In this document: positions 1-13,954 of the stretch, piece by piece | How the letters are laid out: every line of letters starts with the position of its first letter | How positions within the stretch are numbered: the stretch's first letter is position 1 | DNA from: Octopus sinensis | Taxonomy: Eukaryota | Length of the DNA stretch: 64,000 nt | Direction of reading: 5' to 3' | Assembly (NCBI RefSeq): GCF_006345805.1 | Contig: NC_043004.1 | Span: 13,888,001 to 13,952,000 of the forward strand | Made by a program: the position numbers and the translations under genes | The notes under the pieces: model-generated | Databases searched by the model: none | Told to the model about the DNA's origin: nothing | What the model saw: the letters and a program-made list of their open reading frames with translations, nothing else

Positions 1-410
1 CCTTGTTTGTCCTCTCTGTGTGTAGCGCCTTGTGGGTAGTAAAGAAATAGGTATTTCGGTTGTCCCTACGTTCTGAGTTGAAATTCCACCGAGGTCAACT
101 TTGCCTTTCATCCTTTTGGAGTCGACTAAATAAGTACCAGTTACGCACTGGTGTCGATATAATCGACTCAATCCGTTTGTCTTTCCTTGTTTGTCCCCTC
201 TGTGTGTGTAGCCCCTTATGGGCAGTAAAGAAATAGATATTTCGTCCGTCGCTATGTTCTGAGTTCAAATTCCGCCGAGGCCGACTTTGCCTTTCATCCT
301 TTCCGAGTCGATAAATTAGGTACCAGTGACACAGTGGGGTCGATGTAATCGACTAGACTCCCCTCCCACATTTCAGTCCTTGTGCCTATAGTAGAAAGGA
401 TTATTATTAA
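1..410 (+). mobile_element. Tandem array of SINE family A units (about 2.3 copies)
   Basis: The motif ttctgagttcaaattccgccgaggtcgactttgcctttcatcctttcggggtcgat...aagtaccagt...ggggtcgatataatcgac recurs at about 70-170 and 258-355, each joined to a tail; the same motif occurs more than 25 times in the window. Confidence 0.9.
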
Positions 411-868
411 CGATGTGCTACCCATGTTGAACACTTACGATTAATAAATATTTTACCTAATACTATTTTACGGTGCCGTCGAACTCATTAATTTCTGTAT
501 CTAAGAAAATTTTGTTTAAAATTAAATTATTCTACACCTGAAAATTTCAGTGAATTTAAATCACAGCAGATTATTTGCGAATGGGAAATAACGATTCGAG
601 ACGTACTGCATAAAACGCAAAGAACTCCGTGGAATCACCGAAACTTTACTTACTTTCTTTTCAAAACACATGTCTAACTTTATACTCATCAAAAGCAGTT
701 TTTTTATGTAGCTCATTACCTTTGCTTTACACTCAAGCCTAACCATTTCTTTATCTACAGCTATTTATTACATTCGTTGCAAATAATTCTGAATAATCTG
801 CCTCCTCTCACCATTTTACTTAGTTCTTAATTACGCTGCAGGCTGCAGGTACGGAAAAACCATTAATT

Positions 869-878
869 TATATATATG

Positions 879-948
<70 letters not shown>

Positions 949-989
949 TTATATGTATATTTATATATAACATGTGTGTGTGTGTGTGT
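869..989. repeat. (TA)n followed by (TG)n microsatellite
   Basis: Directly visible. Confidence 0.95.
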
Positions 990-2089
990 CGCACTTTCCT
1001 TCATGCAACACCCGAAACAGATTCGAAATGGAAGAAAACTAAAATATCATACTAAGAGTGGGGGAATGAGGAATTACAGAAAAGCTTCTTCTGCGGAATA
1101 GTCAAAGAACATCGAGAGGATTCGAAGATAAATTTAATTACATTTATATATTACCCCAGTTGCTTGTATGTTTGTTTTTTCACGAATGTTTTCTCGCTGC
1201 CTTGCCTATAGTTAATTACCTTAAAAGATCTTAATAGGTGGCTTCATTTAACATACCCGTAATTCTCCGAATATATCCAGCATTATAAGAAGATTAGTGA
1301 GCAAAGCGGTAAACCAGGCGTACACCATAATATAATGAAAACGTTAGAAAATATATCCATCACATCTTTAGCAGCATTTAGAATAAGAAACTTCTATTTG
1401 AAGTAATGGTGAAACATCAACCAGAATCGAGTTTGTTAAATGTTAAGTAGTCAGGGATCTCAACTTGATTTATTCTGCATTTATCAAATCTAAGACAAAA
1501 TGGATTTAAGAGAATATCAACGTAACCTCTGAATTAATGAAAACTGCGAGAAAGGAAGGGATCGGGAGATAATAGAGTTCTACCATAACAGAGAAAGAGA
1601 TAAAGACATCTGATTTTGGAGAAGAAGTAATGAACAGGAAGGGAAGGAATGTTATGCAGTGAGAAATTTGTCGAAGTTTATGGAAAAAAAAGTTAATTAA
1701 ATCTACAAATAGATTTTAATAGAATATTCAGTAGAAATAAATGGTTTATTAAGATGTGTATGTAATTTGAATTCAACTTTATCCATCATGAAAATTGGTA
1801 AAAAAATTGAAAGTTGTGACATGAAGCCAGTGTTAGTTTTGTAAGAAAAAAAAAAAAGAGAAGCATTTCATCTGGTATCGTGATGAAAAACACGTGATGA
1901 GAATAATTATGCGGAAATACACGACTTTGCGTTTATGATCGTTGAAAGTGTTTGATTAAAGCATGAAGATATTTTAAATACTGTTTGCTGGTACTGGATT
2001 CAGTTAAATGCAGTGGCCATGTTGGGAGGTACTGCCTTAAGCGTGACGGGGATTTTATTTCTTAGTAACTTCTCGGCTTTCTCTCCAGA

Positions 2090-2260
2090 ATTTTTTTTAT
2101 TGAAGTAGCCAGTTGGACAGAGTTTCTGGTCTTTGTGTTTTCTGCCACGATATGTGTTCATCTGGTACCTAAGCTAAAAACCTGTCCAAATGTGCTTTGG
2201 AAACATCCACATCAACGCTTAGTCGATATCTGAGTGTTTGGCTGAGCGAAAATCCTAGAG
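2090..2260 (-). mobile_element. Highly degraded LINE ORF2 C-terminal remnant (CR1/L2-like tail)
   Basis: Minus strand reads SVDVDVSKAHLDRFLA*VPDEHISW...LSNWL, resembling the FK..LD.FL..IPD.P...NSL motif seen intact at 14018-14242. Confidence 0.45.
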
Positions 2261-2446
2261 CTGTTAGGGTAATGTGACCCGGTTCTAGGTGGTGAGGACA
2301 GAATCACTGGTTCATTTCATTCGTTGGAACTAGTTCTTTATATTATAATACCATATATGATAGCTAGATTGCAGCTAAATTTTGTAACTCAAATGTTGTT
2401 CCTATGATTGTTATATGACCTGCAACAGAGTTCGATGGAGAATTTC

Positions 2447-2660
2447 GGGCGGCGAGCGGGCAGAATCTTTAGCACATGGGGCAAAATGCTTAACAGCATT
2501 TCGCCTGTCCTTACGTTCTGATTTCAAATTCACAGAAGATCGACTTTGCCTTTCACTCTCACAGGGGTCGGTAGAATAAGTACCAGTTGAGCACTGGGGT
2601 TAATGTAATCTACTTGACCCCTTCACCGAACCTACTGTCTTTGTGCCAAAATTTTAAAAC
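2447..2660 (+). mobile_element. SINE family A copy
   Basis: Starts ggcggcgagcgggcagaatc, has the family core, ends ttgtgccaaaattttaaaac. Confidence 0.85.
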
Positions 2661-3320
2661 TATATAGTAGTCTTTTGCTTTTGAAGAGAAAAATACCATT
2701 ATTTACAATAAAGACTAGCAGTGACATGGATTAAAGTTCGTAGTTATCTGCAAAGGGCAAAGTATTAAATTTTTAAAAAATAAACAGAAAAAAAAATCAG
2801 GTAATTAGTGGTTTTAGAATGCCGGTGATAGATTTGTACCAGTCATATGAATGGATCTACTTGGAATACGTACAGTATGTTTGTGTAAAATAAACAGAGT
2901 AGGGACATTACATATATGAATCGCTACAACAAAATCGGATTCAGTTTTACAGAGCAATCAGCAAAAGCAGGTATATATAGCAACAATTACAACTTATGAA
3001 ATGCTAATCATTTTACCACTGAATTTTAATTTTATTTCTTCTTCGATCATACTTTCCTTTCAGTTTATCCATTCAGGATATTATGATCTACAACCCCAAA
3101 ATATTGTTTAACATTCTTTTGATCATGATATTCATTTATATATCTACCCAACCGAACAACCAACTCTGCCTCTCAGTATTTCTACCACTTTCTATCCATC
3201 AATATGTTAATCACACACGCATCACATATACCTCACTCTTCCCACACAGAAGCATATATTTCTCACAAAGATCACAATTTTATGTAGTATTAAAAGGAAT
3301 ATATAATAAATTAGGCTATG

Positions 3321-4268
3321 TGTAACATAACCTGGAACAACAAAATTCGGTTTCAATTAATGAGACAGTGAGAGCTAGTTGCAAAGAAGAGAACACTTCA
3401 CTTTCTGAATTCAAGTTATGCTACAGTTGACATCATGTATCACAGCAATGCAAGATGAAATAACAGTTCAGGACTAGAATACGCTATGACAAGCAATGGC
3501 CTGTTTATGTGTCCTACTTGATAAAAATTGCCAATGCATCCACGTGCATAAGCATGGTGTAACACAGTGGGTTGGGACTAGAAACGACAGCAGCAACTAA
3601 TAGACTGATGTTGATGCTGTTTCGTTACTGTATTTATTTTGAGATGCTCTGTGTTTCTTTCAGTTATTTTAAATATAACAAATAATAAGGTAAAATAGCT
3701 TAGTTATCATTCAGCTAATGTTAGGGACATAAATTGTGACTAAGGTTTGGTGGAAGATTTTAATTCAAACCTTATGGAAACAAGACATGTTTACTCAGAG
3801 CCAGAGCCAGTTTCAGCGGGTTTTTTTAACGAATGAGTAATCCAAAAATTATGATTGTGGAGCAACTTTATGTTAGAGACGTTCTGACCACGATTATGGT
3901 TTCTCTTTTTACAGATGCATTCTATCAAAATCTACATTATCTTTCATTGCGTTCTTTAAAAAAGCACAATTGGGTGAGAATTAAGGACGGTGTAGAGACT
4001 CCTTCTTTGTCTGGTGGCGATGAGAATGATGCTGATGACGCTGATGATAGTGTTTGACTGCAATAACACACAAATTCAATTTTTATTACAAATGATTTTG
4101 ACAGTATAGAAGATAATAACACTTGTCTGCTCTGTTTCCATGGTTGTTATAGATGATGTCAACTGTAGCATAATTTGAATTTAGAAAGCGAAGCGTTCTC
4201 TTTTTTGTAACCAACTCTCGTTGTCTCACTAATTACAACCGAAGCTTCTTGTTCCAGTCCATGTTACA
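3321..4268. repeat. Inverted pair of a diverged ~130-bp repeat (3321-3450 and 4140-4268) enclosing a MITE-like repeat at about 3620-3830
   Basis: tgtaacataacctggaacaa...ttatgctacagttgacatcat is the reverse complement, with scattered mismatches, of atgatgtcaactgtagcataa...ttgttccagtccatgttaca. Confidence 0.75.
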
Positions 4269-5865
4269 GCTTACTTTCTTACGTATTGCTTTTAATACAA
4301 CAGAAAATTATGATCTTTGTGAGCAATTTGTGTTTATCTGAGTGTTTCTGTGCTTGTGTAATTTTGTGTAGATGTGAGATGTGAGAGTGATTATCAAATT
4401 GATGGATAGAAGAAAGTGTAGGAATATTAAGAGGCAGAGTTGGTTGTTTGGTTGGGTAGATATATAGATGAAATGATTATGATCAAAAGAATATTAAGCA
4501 ATATTTTTGGTTATAGATGGATGAACTGAAAGAAAAAGTATGATCGAAGAAAAAATTAAATAAAGATAAAAATAAAATTTCCATGGTAAAAAAGATTAAA
4601 ATTTGATAAATTGTGATTGTTACTAGAACATGGAAATAAAATCAAAGACGTACAAGAAAAATAATGTATAATGTAAATAAGGAAACAATGTTATATAATT
4701 GGATAGTTAGACGGAAGAAGTAGAAAGAATAGGAATACAATTATGGTATCGATTAGCTTGAAGATATAACGACAAAAACAAAAACAAACAAAATACTAAA
4801 CACATGTCAGAATCCCATGCATTTCTTTGCGATAGAAAGAAAGGATAAAGGCAAAACGTGTTGTCTCATTGATGTAATTCATTCACCGGGACACGTTAGG
4901 CAGATGACTCTTTATCAATAACTTTAAGCAAACTAGTTTTGGCATGCAGCAGTTATTGAGAGAATAGCTGTATGCATACATTAGTAAGTGCAAATCACAC
5001 AGAGCTGTCATTCTGTGAGACCAAAAAAAAAAAGAACAAAAAGGGAAGAAAAATATATGTAGTATCTTGAATGGAAAATAAGGTAAAGAATTTTTGCGTT
5101 AAACAGAGAAGCCAGCTGCAGGAAAATGAATGACGAAAAAAAAATGGTAAAGCTGTATATATAAAAGAAAATAATGAAAGAGAAATTGGGAATTTTCTGC
5201 CTCTGTTTGATTCTCTGATTTTCTTTACAAGCTTCAATGCTGTCACTTCAATTGACAAATATTCCATTCAGTTCATCTTAGAAAAGTTTATTCTGATAGT
5301 CGCAAAACCTTCGGGATGTTTGCAGGAAATGTATTTGTTGAAGTCAGGTTTGCTCGTCAGTTTATTTAACATTCGCTGACATTCTATAAGTAACGTAAGA
5401 TTTAGTAAAACTTGTGTTATGTATTAGATTAAAGAAAGATAATAAATCGAAAGACATTGAAATAAAAATAATATTAGCAGAGAAAATAAAACTTATTTCA
5501 GTTACATTGATTAAACCGAAATCAATTATTCTAGCCTTGCATTTGAAATTTGGAATTGTATATTCTTATCTTTTTAAATCATCGTCGTTTTCCTTTACTA
5601 CTATACTCTAACAGCATACAACTACAGATTCTTTAATTTTAAATTCCCCAACTCAACACAAGTATCTTCTGTTGTACGGCACCGAAGATATCTTTTTAAA
5701 GACGTGCATATTCCCAACGGTTTAGTAATCGATTTTACATCCATTCAATCTAGGTCAAGATGTTACCACAAATGATTTGGGATTCTATATCCGTATGTTC
5801 AGAAGAATATAAATGATGTGAATATTTCAAATTAATTCTTAAATTAACATTCATCATGACATCTC

Positions 5866-5937
<72 letters not shown>

Positions 5938-5970
5938 ACATGTATTTATGTGTGTATGTATATATATATA

Positions 5971-6038
<68 letters not shown>

Positions 6039-6070
6039 TATATATATATACACATACATATATACATATA
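5866..6070. repeat. (CTAT)n + (TA)n compound microsatellite
   Basis: Directly visible. Confidence 0.95.
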
Positions 6071-6662
6071 TACATGGTAAATTGTTCCAGTGTAAGTTAA
6101 TTTTCAGAAACCTAATGTAATATTAACAAAAGATGTTTTAATTCGCATCAGAAGTTCTCGAGTGAAATCTGTCTGACATTCTTCAGGGAATGTTTGATCT
6201 CTGACAATGTAACGAATAAATTCGACTTCGCATTTGATCGATAAATCTTCAAATAAAACCTCAAAACTAATACATGCCATTCTTTTGTAACATTATGTCA
6301 TGTGACTTAGTCTTTCCATAAAGTTCATATCAGTATCCTCAAGGTAAGGATATATAGAAATTATGAAACAGTCGTTCCTCTTTGAGATTCAGTCCGATTT
6401 ATTTCATCTCTTTCAGATCTACGGAAATATTTTATCAAATGCTTATTGAAGAAAATTTCTTCATCAGTCACTGGATATGTAAAATTCCACTACAATCATA
6501 TAACTTATATATAAAACTGGAGAGAAATAGCGGTTTCTGTATGAGGATATTAAAACTGTTTAATGAATTGTTAAATTAGAAGAGTGGTCCTCAACCATTA
6601 TTTGCCTATTGACCCCTTTCTTTCCTGTTTTACTTTACTGCCCCCCCCTACAGCCATTCGAT

Positions 6663-7084
6663 ACTCTTTTTACTCTCTTATACTCTTTTACTTGTTTCAG
6701 TCATTTGACTGTGGCCATGCTGGAGCACCGCCTTTAATCGAGAAAATCGACCCCCAGGACTTATCCTTTGTAAGCCTAGTACTTATTCTATCGATCTCTT
6801 TTGCCGAACCGCTAAGTTACGGGGACGTGAACACACCAGCATCGGTTGTCAAACGATGTTGGGGGACAAACACAGACACACAAACACACACACACACATA
6901 TATATATATACATGTATACGACGGGCTTCTTTCAGGTTCCATCTCCCAAATCCACTCACAAGACTTTAGTCGGCCCGAGGCTATAGTAGAAGACACTTGC
7001 CTAAGGTGCCACGCAGTGGAACTGAACCTGGAACCATGTGTTTCGTAAGCAAGCTGCTTACCACACAGCCACTCCTACGCCTAT
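6663..7084 (-). mobile_element. SINE family B, full length (tRNA-like head, internal microsatellite, LINE-like tail)
   Basis: Reverse complement of taggcgtaggagtggctgtgtggtaag...ggttcagttccactgcgtggcacc...ggtgctccagcatggccacagtcaaatgactgaaacaagtaaaagag; A/B-box-like motifs in the head. Confidence 0.9.
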
Positions 7085-7269
7085 AATTGTATTAAAAAAA
7101 TTTAGAATATTTTGTAGATTGTAGAAATAGAGCCAATTTATGGCAGATAAATTATAAAAGCAAGATCTTATATGGACACACAAGAGCCATAAATACCCTG
7201 GTTGAGAACCCCTGAATTAGAAGGTAATTATTATAAAATGCTAGATGACCGTTACAATCAGTCAACAGT

Positions 7270-7700
7270 AACCTTAGTTTCAGTTCCTCTCGTACAGTTG
7301 TCCCGTACATTGGGCGCAAGACGTCTCCAATAATCCTAGTTCATTTTAATCCTAGTTTATTATAAGCCAATAATCCTAATTTATAACCACCTGAATCTTC
7401 CCAGCTGAAGGTGAGTTGGTTCAGATCATCTTTGAAGGTGGCGCACCATGATTTATTGGGTCTCGCTGTAATTCTTTGTCCCTCTAGTGCTATCCATTAT
7501 ATAGCTGTCTCGGTTATTCGTTCTTGTGGCTGTCAGAAAACGTAGCACGCAATTCTCATTCTTCTTTCCGTCACACACTTTAGCAGGTTTCAAAATGATT
7601 GCTCTTCTCGGGACTTCAGAGTCTGAGATTTCGTCCGTGTGAGAGTATTCTGCATTGACTGTAACGGTGGGATGCCTTCAACCTCAGAGTGGTCTTGGCA
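7270..7700 (-). mobile_element. Degraded RTE-clade LINE 3' fragment
   Basis: Minus strand reads RMRIACYVF*QPQERITETAI*WIALEGQRITARPNKSWCATFKDDL, matching the RTE C-terminal pattern R.AGHV.R...W.P.G.R..GRP..TW....DL. Confidence 0.65.
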
Positions 7701-9156
7701 GTTATCTTCCAAGTTTCTCCTGCATACACTACTGTTGGCGTAGCAATACCATAGTAGAGCAGGATCTTTACAGGGTTGCTAATTCTATTTAAATAGCGAT
7801 TGAAAGCACGGTAATTAAGATATTACATATTTCTATGCATTTAACATAATCAAATTAATTGAATCTATATTAAAACATTGATTTATAACACCTGAAATTC
7901 TGAATGTTATAATCGATATAGTACTTGACTGATTTATTTTTTTACTAATGATCGACAAGCAAAAGATAACCACGCAACTGATAACATAATACCATGACTA
8001 CAGTGGGATTCAAATAGAAACAAAAGTATCAATATAGGTTATTGACGCGGAATATTGCAGAGTGGGTTGTTTCTAGCATTACTGATATAGCACTTAAGAT
8101 TTCTAATATCCTGTTTTAATATATCCTGTTTTAATAATATGACAAATATTTGTGAACGATATTTTCTTCTGATATTAAGGTCTAAACAGAAGTCCTCTGA
8201 GAAAAACACACTGAAAACAAGAACGAGAATAAAAATCAGAACGGGAAACGAATAGCGGATTATTTATTTATTTTTTTTTCATGAAACTGGCGGTTAAATG
8301 CTTACTACAGCTTCTGGAAAAATATTTCAGATTGCGATGGCTGATTATAGAAAGCCTATTTTTAACCAAGAGTAAAGTGCTTTACATCATGTATGGTGAG
8401 AGTATAACTTATAAATGACGATGTTGCATATTTTTTTCTGTAATAGCAGTAAATAGTATAGCCATGATGACTTAAAAATAATTTTACAACTTCAACAATA
8501 AAAATAATATAAACCATAAGCACATCAACAACAGTAGCAACTTATGCAGACAGTTAAGATATATAAAGTATCGTACGTAAATGGCATAAGAAATTTAGAA
8601 ATTGTAATCTTAACAATTGAATTATATCGGATGAATGATTTAGCCACTTATTAATTTTTTTTTATATCTGAAATCAAATTAAATGCAGTTCTGCAGCATC
8701 TAGAACTTTTAAATTTTAATATCACGATACATAAATAGTAAATAAATATAATAAAACGAAATGGAATAATCAATATATCAAATTATATATTTTTATATTT
8801 AAAATATATTTTCTAAGAAATTAAATTCGAAGTGTATACTCCATCTTCGCTGCGGCTCGGCGTGATTTAGAATTTAAATATTTTTTCCTAATTTCAGCAA
8901 ATCCCTTAGTCACTTTGGTGCCGAGTTAAAATCACAAAATAACCGGACAAAAATACTTCCAAACACACGAGGGGTTTAGACTATTAGTGGTCCTGTAACT
9001 TTAAACAATGATATACGAATAAATATGTATATGTGTGTGTGCGTGTGTGTATGTGTGTGTGTGAGTGTGTGTGTCTCTGTGTGTGTATGTGTATACGTAC
9101 ATTATATATGCATGTATAATATATATATATATATATATATATTATACATGCATATA

Positions 9157-9301
9157 TAGGCGTAGGCGTGGCTGTATGGTAAGTTGCTTGCTTACGAACC
9201 ACATGGCACCGTGGGCATGTGTCTTCTACTATAGACTCGGGCCGACCAAAGCCATGTGAGTGGATTTGGTAGACGGAAACTGAAAGAATCCCGTCGTATA
9301 C

Positions 9302-9355
<54 letters not shown>

Positions 9356-9556
9356 GTGTATGTATGTTTGTATGTCTGTGTTTGTCCTCCCAACCGATGC
9401 TGCTGTGTTTACGTTCCCGTAACTTAGCGGTTTGGCAAAAGAGACCGATAGAATAAGTACTAGGCTTACAAAGAAAAAGTCATGGGGTAGATTTGCTCGA
9501 CTAAAGTTGTTGCTCCAGCATTGCAACAGTCAAATGACTGAAACAAGTAAAAGAGA
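9157..9556 (+). mobile_element. SINE family B copy
   Basis: taggcgtaggcgtggctgtatggtaag head, internal (TA)(TG)n, tail aatgactgaaacaagtaaaagag. Confidence 0.9.
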
Positions 9557-9597
9557 GAGATACATATATATACACACACACACACACATACACATAT

Positions 9598-9826
9598 TAT
9601 TTCTTTACTGCCCACAATGGGCTACACACAGAGAGGACAAAGAAGGACAGACAAACGGAATAAGTTGATTAAATCGACCCCAGTGCGTAGTTGGTACTTA
9701 TTTAATCGACCCCGAAGGGATGAAAGGCAAAGTCGACCTCGGCGGGATTTCAATTCAGAACGTAGCGGCAGACGAAATACCGCTATGCATTTCGTCCGGC
9801 CTGCTAACGTTTCAGCTCGCCGCCTT
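9598..9826 (-). mobile_element. SINE family A, full length
   Basis: Reverse complement of the complete family A unit from ggcggcgagc to gtaaagaaata. Confidence 0.9.
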
Positions 9827-12813
9827 CAACATGCACTTATATATACACGTTACGAGTGTATGTATGTGTGTCTGTGCGTATACTATGCGTATACTGTATA
9901 TTATGATCATTAATTAACCTGTGTGCGAGATGGGAGAACAGAATTTCTCCATACACTCCTGTCCTGTCAATGCTTTATCTTCATCCTGTCATTCAATACG
10001 AGAGTTTCAACCGTTTTAACCGAGTGACAGAAATTCCTGACACCTTCTCAACAGCTAATTCTTATTGAACCTGACAAATACACTTTCTCACCAAACCAAC
10101 GAATGACTCATCACTTCCGTTTATTTATGGCTACAGATGTTACTTGAATTGATTTGCTAGCGATCAGGCTATACAAAATCATTTTCTCTGCCACACGTAT
10201 TTCATCTTGTACTGCCTTTCGTTTCGTTAATTGTGTATAAATTCTACTTGGAGAAATTAATTATATGATGCTACCACTTGTTGAATAGGGAAAAACCTAT
10301 CATGCATTAAAAGATATAATTGCTTCATTCAAACTCGTAACAAGTTCAATGATGTATCGTATGGAATAATTGTCAAGATTTTAATGTAACTGATCATTTA
10401 TATTATAAGCACTAATTTGGGCAGAGACAAATCAACTGGACTCATTAACGTTTTCCCATCAAATGTTGGGTCTCGGTAATGAATAGTTTGCTGGCAATTT
10501 ATTCTACTGAAATCCAGTATTGTGAAGTGTACAAGTTTTATGCATAAATGTTATCTATTTTCATGATGTAAATTGCATGGTTACCTCATGATAACATATT
10601 ATGCAATTTAATTGCAATAGCTACGTCAGCTATCTAAAAAAAATGCCTAGTAAACTATCTCCTGTATAAAGTTCATACAATAGCCTTTCATGATACAAGA
10701 AATTAAGAGAAAAATTAAATTAGTAAGAAAAGTCAAAGATAATTTATGGTACAGAAGTCGGCACATTAGCATGGCAGGTGACTTTTAATGTAATCACGAA
10801 CAAAATATCGCAATATACGTGACAGATATATAATTTGGGATTCATTGTGCATTTTATGCTTCGTTTAAATAGATTTTTACAAATGAGTAGCTTGATGTGG
10901 TAGCAAAATATATCAATGCTGATTTGACCACGAGATTAACTTTTATGAGGTGATATAAGTTTTATGAGTAGTATCGTATTTGGCATGCATGGAAATGTAC
11001 TGAGAAAAATTAATAGAAATGCCCTTTGTAAAATGGCTGTGAATAAAGGAATAAACTCCATATATACATGTATTACTATGCTCTCTCATTTATACACTCA
11101 ACTTCTAAGCGTATATCTTATTAATCTTGTTACGTATAAACTAATTATCTTAGCATTGAAAATAGCGAATAAAGAAGCTAATCATTGAGTTATATAAAGC
11201 TGACTTTATTATTTTCTGCTTTCTTTTATACTTGTCACTGCCTATGTTCTTCATTAATACGATTTCCCGCTGTACATCATAAATAACGATTACAATAATT
11301 AATCTACCAGGTGTTTGAACGAACCAATTATTATATCTTTTAATATATTTTGGTATACAACGTTCACATCTTGAAAGAATGAGAGCATCGGAAGTGTTTC
11401 TCTGCACACACATTCGCGCACAAAATCTATATCGCTGCACCACATAATGTTTTCCTACGATTATAAATTAAATCCGACATATCTACTCTCATATACCCAG
11501 CGGTATAATCTGACACGATAATCTTATTACTGCTTCTGTTTTGTTTCTCGTTTTTAATCTTTGCAATTCTCTTCTCCCCTTTACGCCACAATTCTAGTAA
11601 AAACTAGTTAAGCACATTTTTCGTTTTCTCTTTTGTTTTTCGTTTCCTAATTATTTAGTGATACATCATGAATTGGTGACAGTAGCCTATTACGCCTAAT
11701 ATTTCATTTATAGAATTTCCATGGATATTTCGATATCAGACAATGATTTATAGACACAAATACCTAAATAGTGATAACAGTAAATTAATTTTGCAATATC
11801 TAGCCAAAGCTTGGCAATTATTTAAAACCAATTCGTATATTCTGTATAGTGAGCAGCTAATGCTTTCACAAAATATGGTGGCTTGTATAATCCAAGTTTA
11901 TCATCGGATGCGCTCATATATTTATTTTTGGTAGATTTCAAATCTATGTCTATAAATCAAGCCTACATGCATGAGGAAAACTGTAGTACTGTGCAAAAAC
12001 ACAAGCTTCCTTCTTAAAATTATATTTGCTACATGTTTTTATTCTGAATAGAATATTACGCTCGTAATTTCATTAATCATATCATCGGTCATAAAAAATA
12101 TGGAAAACTGTCTTTTAAATATAATCTAATTTTTAAGCAGTTTCGTTTATTCCAGTAAACTGAAATAAACAGAAAAAATTGTATCATACATTAAAAAATT
12201 GCATTAACATCTTAGAAGTAAGTTAGTTTAATATTTTGTCATTTTAGTTAGAAACGAACATAATGGAAAACAAGCCAATGAGAAAAATCCTCCACATCAT
12301 CACATGGTCATCTAGAAGCTACAGCCAGATCTTAATTCAAGTCATTCTATAGCACCATGTGATTAACGAAGGACATTTTCAATAAAGATGTCTGGGAAAA
12401 ATATCAACATCTCAATTTCTTGGTCGATAATAAGTAGTGCACTTCCATGCAGTGGAGGTGGGAGTAGCTATAATATGGGCTCAGCAGAGGCGATATAAAA
12501 TCTGACTAGTTTAATTAATTAACATAATGAATTTTTGATCCGCTACTCCCACCTTCCCAATAATTCTACTGAGCGAATTTAGCTAATTTAGCTGATTTTA
12601 ACGATATTAATGCTAGCAATTTTACCGTTTTAACTCGGTCAACTCCCGTTTAATGTTAATGTAATGTTAAGTTTTTAATTTAATTATTGGCGACACAATA
12701 TTCTAGACTTCACTACCAATGTTTTCTGTGACTCTATTCTAGACCCACTTATTTCTTTCATGTTCTATATTAGTTTTTTTTTATTCTTTCTATTTTTCTT
12801 TTTCATATTACTA

Positions 12814-13341
12814 TTGGGTTGTCCGGAAAGTTCGTGCCGATTTATAGTAGCTTAACATTCCCCTTATCTTAGAACATGGTTGAGTCCATAAAATAGGATT
12901 TGGCTACACCTCCATTTAGAGCACAGTTTAAGCTATCTTTTCGTGGAAGAAGGTTTATGTTCCTATAAGAAAGTACATTTTCGGCACTTGATGCTTTGGG
13001 AACCAGACAAAAATTGCTGCAGCTCGGCTGGGATGTGTTGCCCAACACACCATATTCACCAGATATTGCTCCTTCGGATTTCCACTTATTCAGGTCTCTG
13101 CAGAATAGTCTTAAGGGTAAAAATTTCAATTCTTTGGATGACGTAAGAAGATACATTGATGAATTCTTTGCCATGAAACCACCTCAATTCTGGGAAGAGG
13201 GTATTTTCAAGTTGAAGGAAAGATGGAGACGCATTGTGCAGCAAAATGATTCATATTTGGTTGATTAAAAATTTAATGGCAAGTATTTATTGACCTTTTT
13301 CTTTCCTTTAAAAATCGGCACGAACTTTACGGACAACCCAA
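12814..13341 (+). mobile_element. Internally deleted mariner transposon (528 bp) retaining the transposase C-terminus
   Basis: 30-bp TIRs ttgggttgtccggaaagttcgtgccgattt (12814-12843) and aaatcggcacgaactttacggacaacccaa (13312-13341), one mismatch; TA on the left flank, TG on the right. ORF 12996-13268 has the mariner signature HPPYSPDLAPSDFHLF as NTPYSPDIAPSDFHLFRSL and ends RW..IV..NDSY. Confidence 0.95.
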
Positions 13342-13946
13342 TGTTAATATATTTTCTGGTACTTCTGAGATTTTAGTAGTAAATCACCGCCTCTTTGATC
13401 TTCCTGGTTTAACCTTTAAATTTCTGTCTTTCCAGCACTAAATATACGTGTAAATAATAAAATTGACTACGATTTGACCAGTGAGATACAGTGTACTGGT
13501 TGATTTCTGCTATATCAAATGAGAGAAACTGATATATATATATATATATAATCTTCAATATTCATCTTCTGAGATTACGCCAAGGTAGTGTGACGACATA
13601 CTGTGTAATTTATTCGGTACCTTGCCATCTACAATATATTTGTGCGGAACAGCTTAAAATATATCATATATTCCTGTATGATTTTATCGTATCCAAAGAG
13701 ATGTTGATAATCGTATTGTTAATTAATTGTCGTATGCATCGACATACTTATATGTATATGTGTGTGTGCGTGTTCAGTCTCACTACGTAACGCCTTGGGC
13801 AAGGGTCTTCTACCACCACCAGGCTGACCCTAAAATTTTGAGAAACAGAAAGTATGTGTTTGTGTTTGCCCTGCTTCACAACAGATATTCTTTTGTTTAC
13901 GTCCTTGTAACTTCCGGGTAACAGGGTAGATAACATGAATGGGGAA

Positions 13947-13954
13947 TATATATA

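Noticed and set aside
6584-7048. 154-aa ORF and similar ORFs at 8984-9526, 22810-23169, 27013-27369 and 32724-33230
   Set aside because: They lie within SINE family B; the recurring peptides (FQSFDCGHA, SLVLILS, EDTCPRCH) are SINE translations.
11150-11443. 97-aa minus-strand ORF in unique sequence
   Set aside because: No recognisable domain or splice support; the length is within chance expectation.
12996-13268. Domesticated SETMAR-like gene
   Set aside because: Only the last ~90 aa of the transposase lies between intact TIRs; it is an internally deleted transposon, with no SET domain or exon context.
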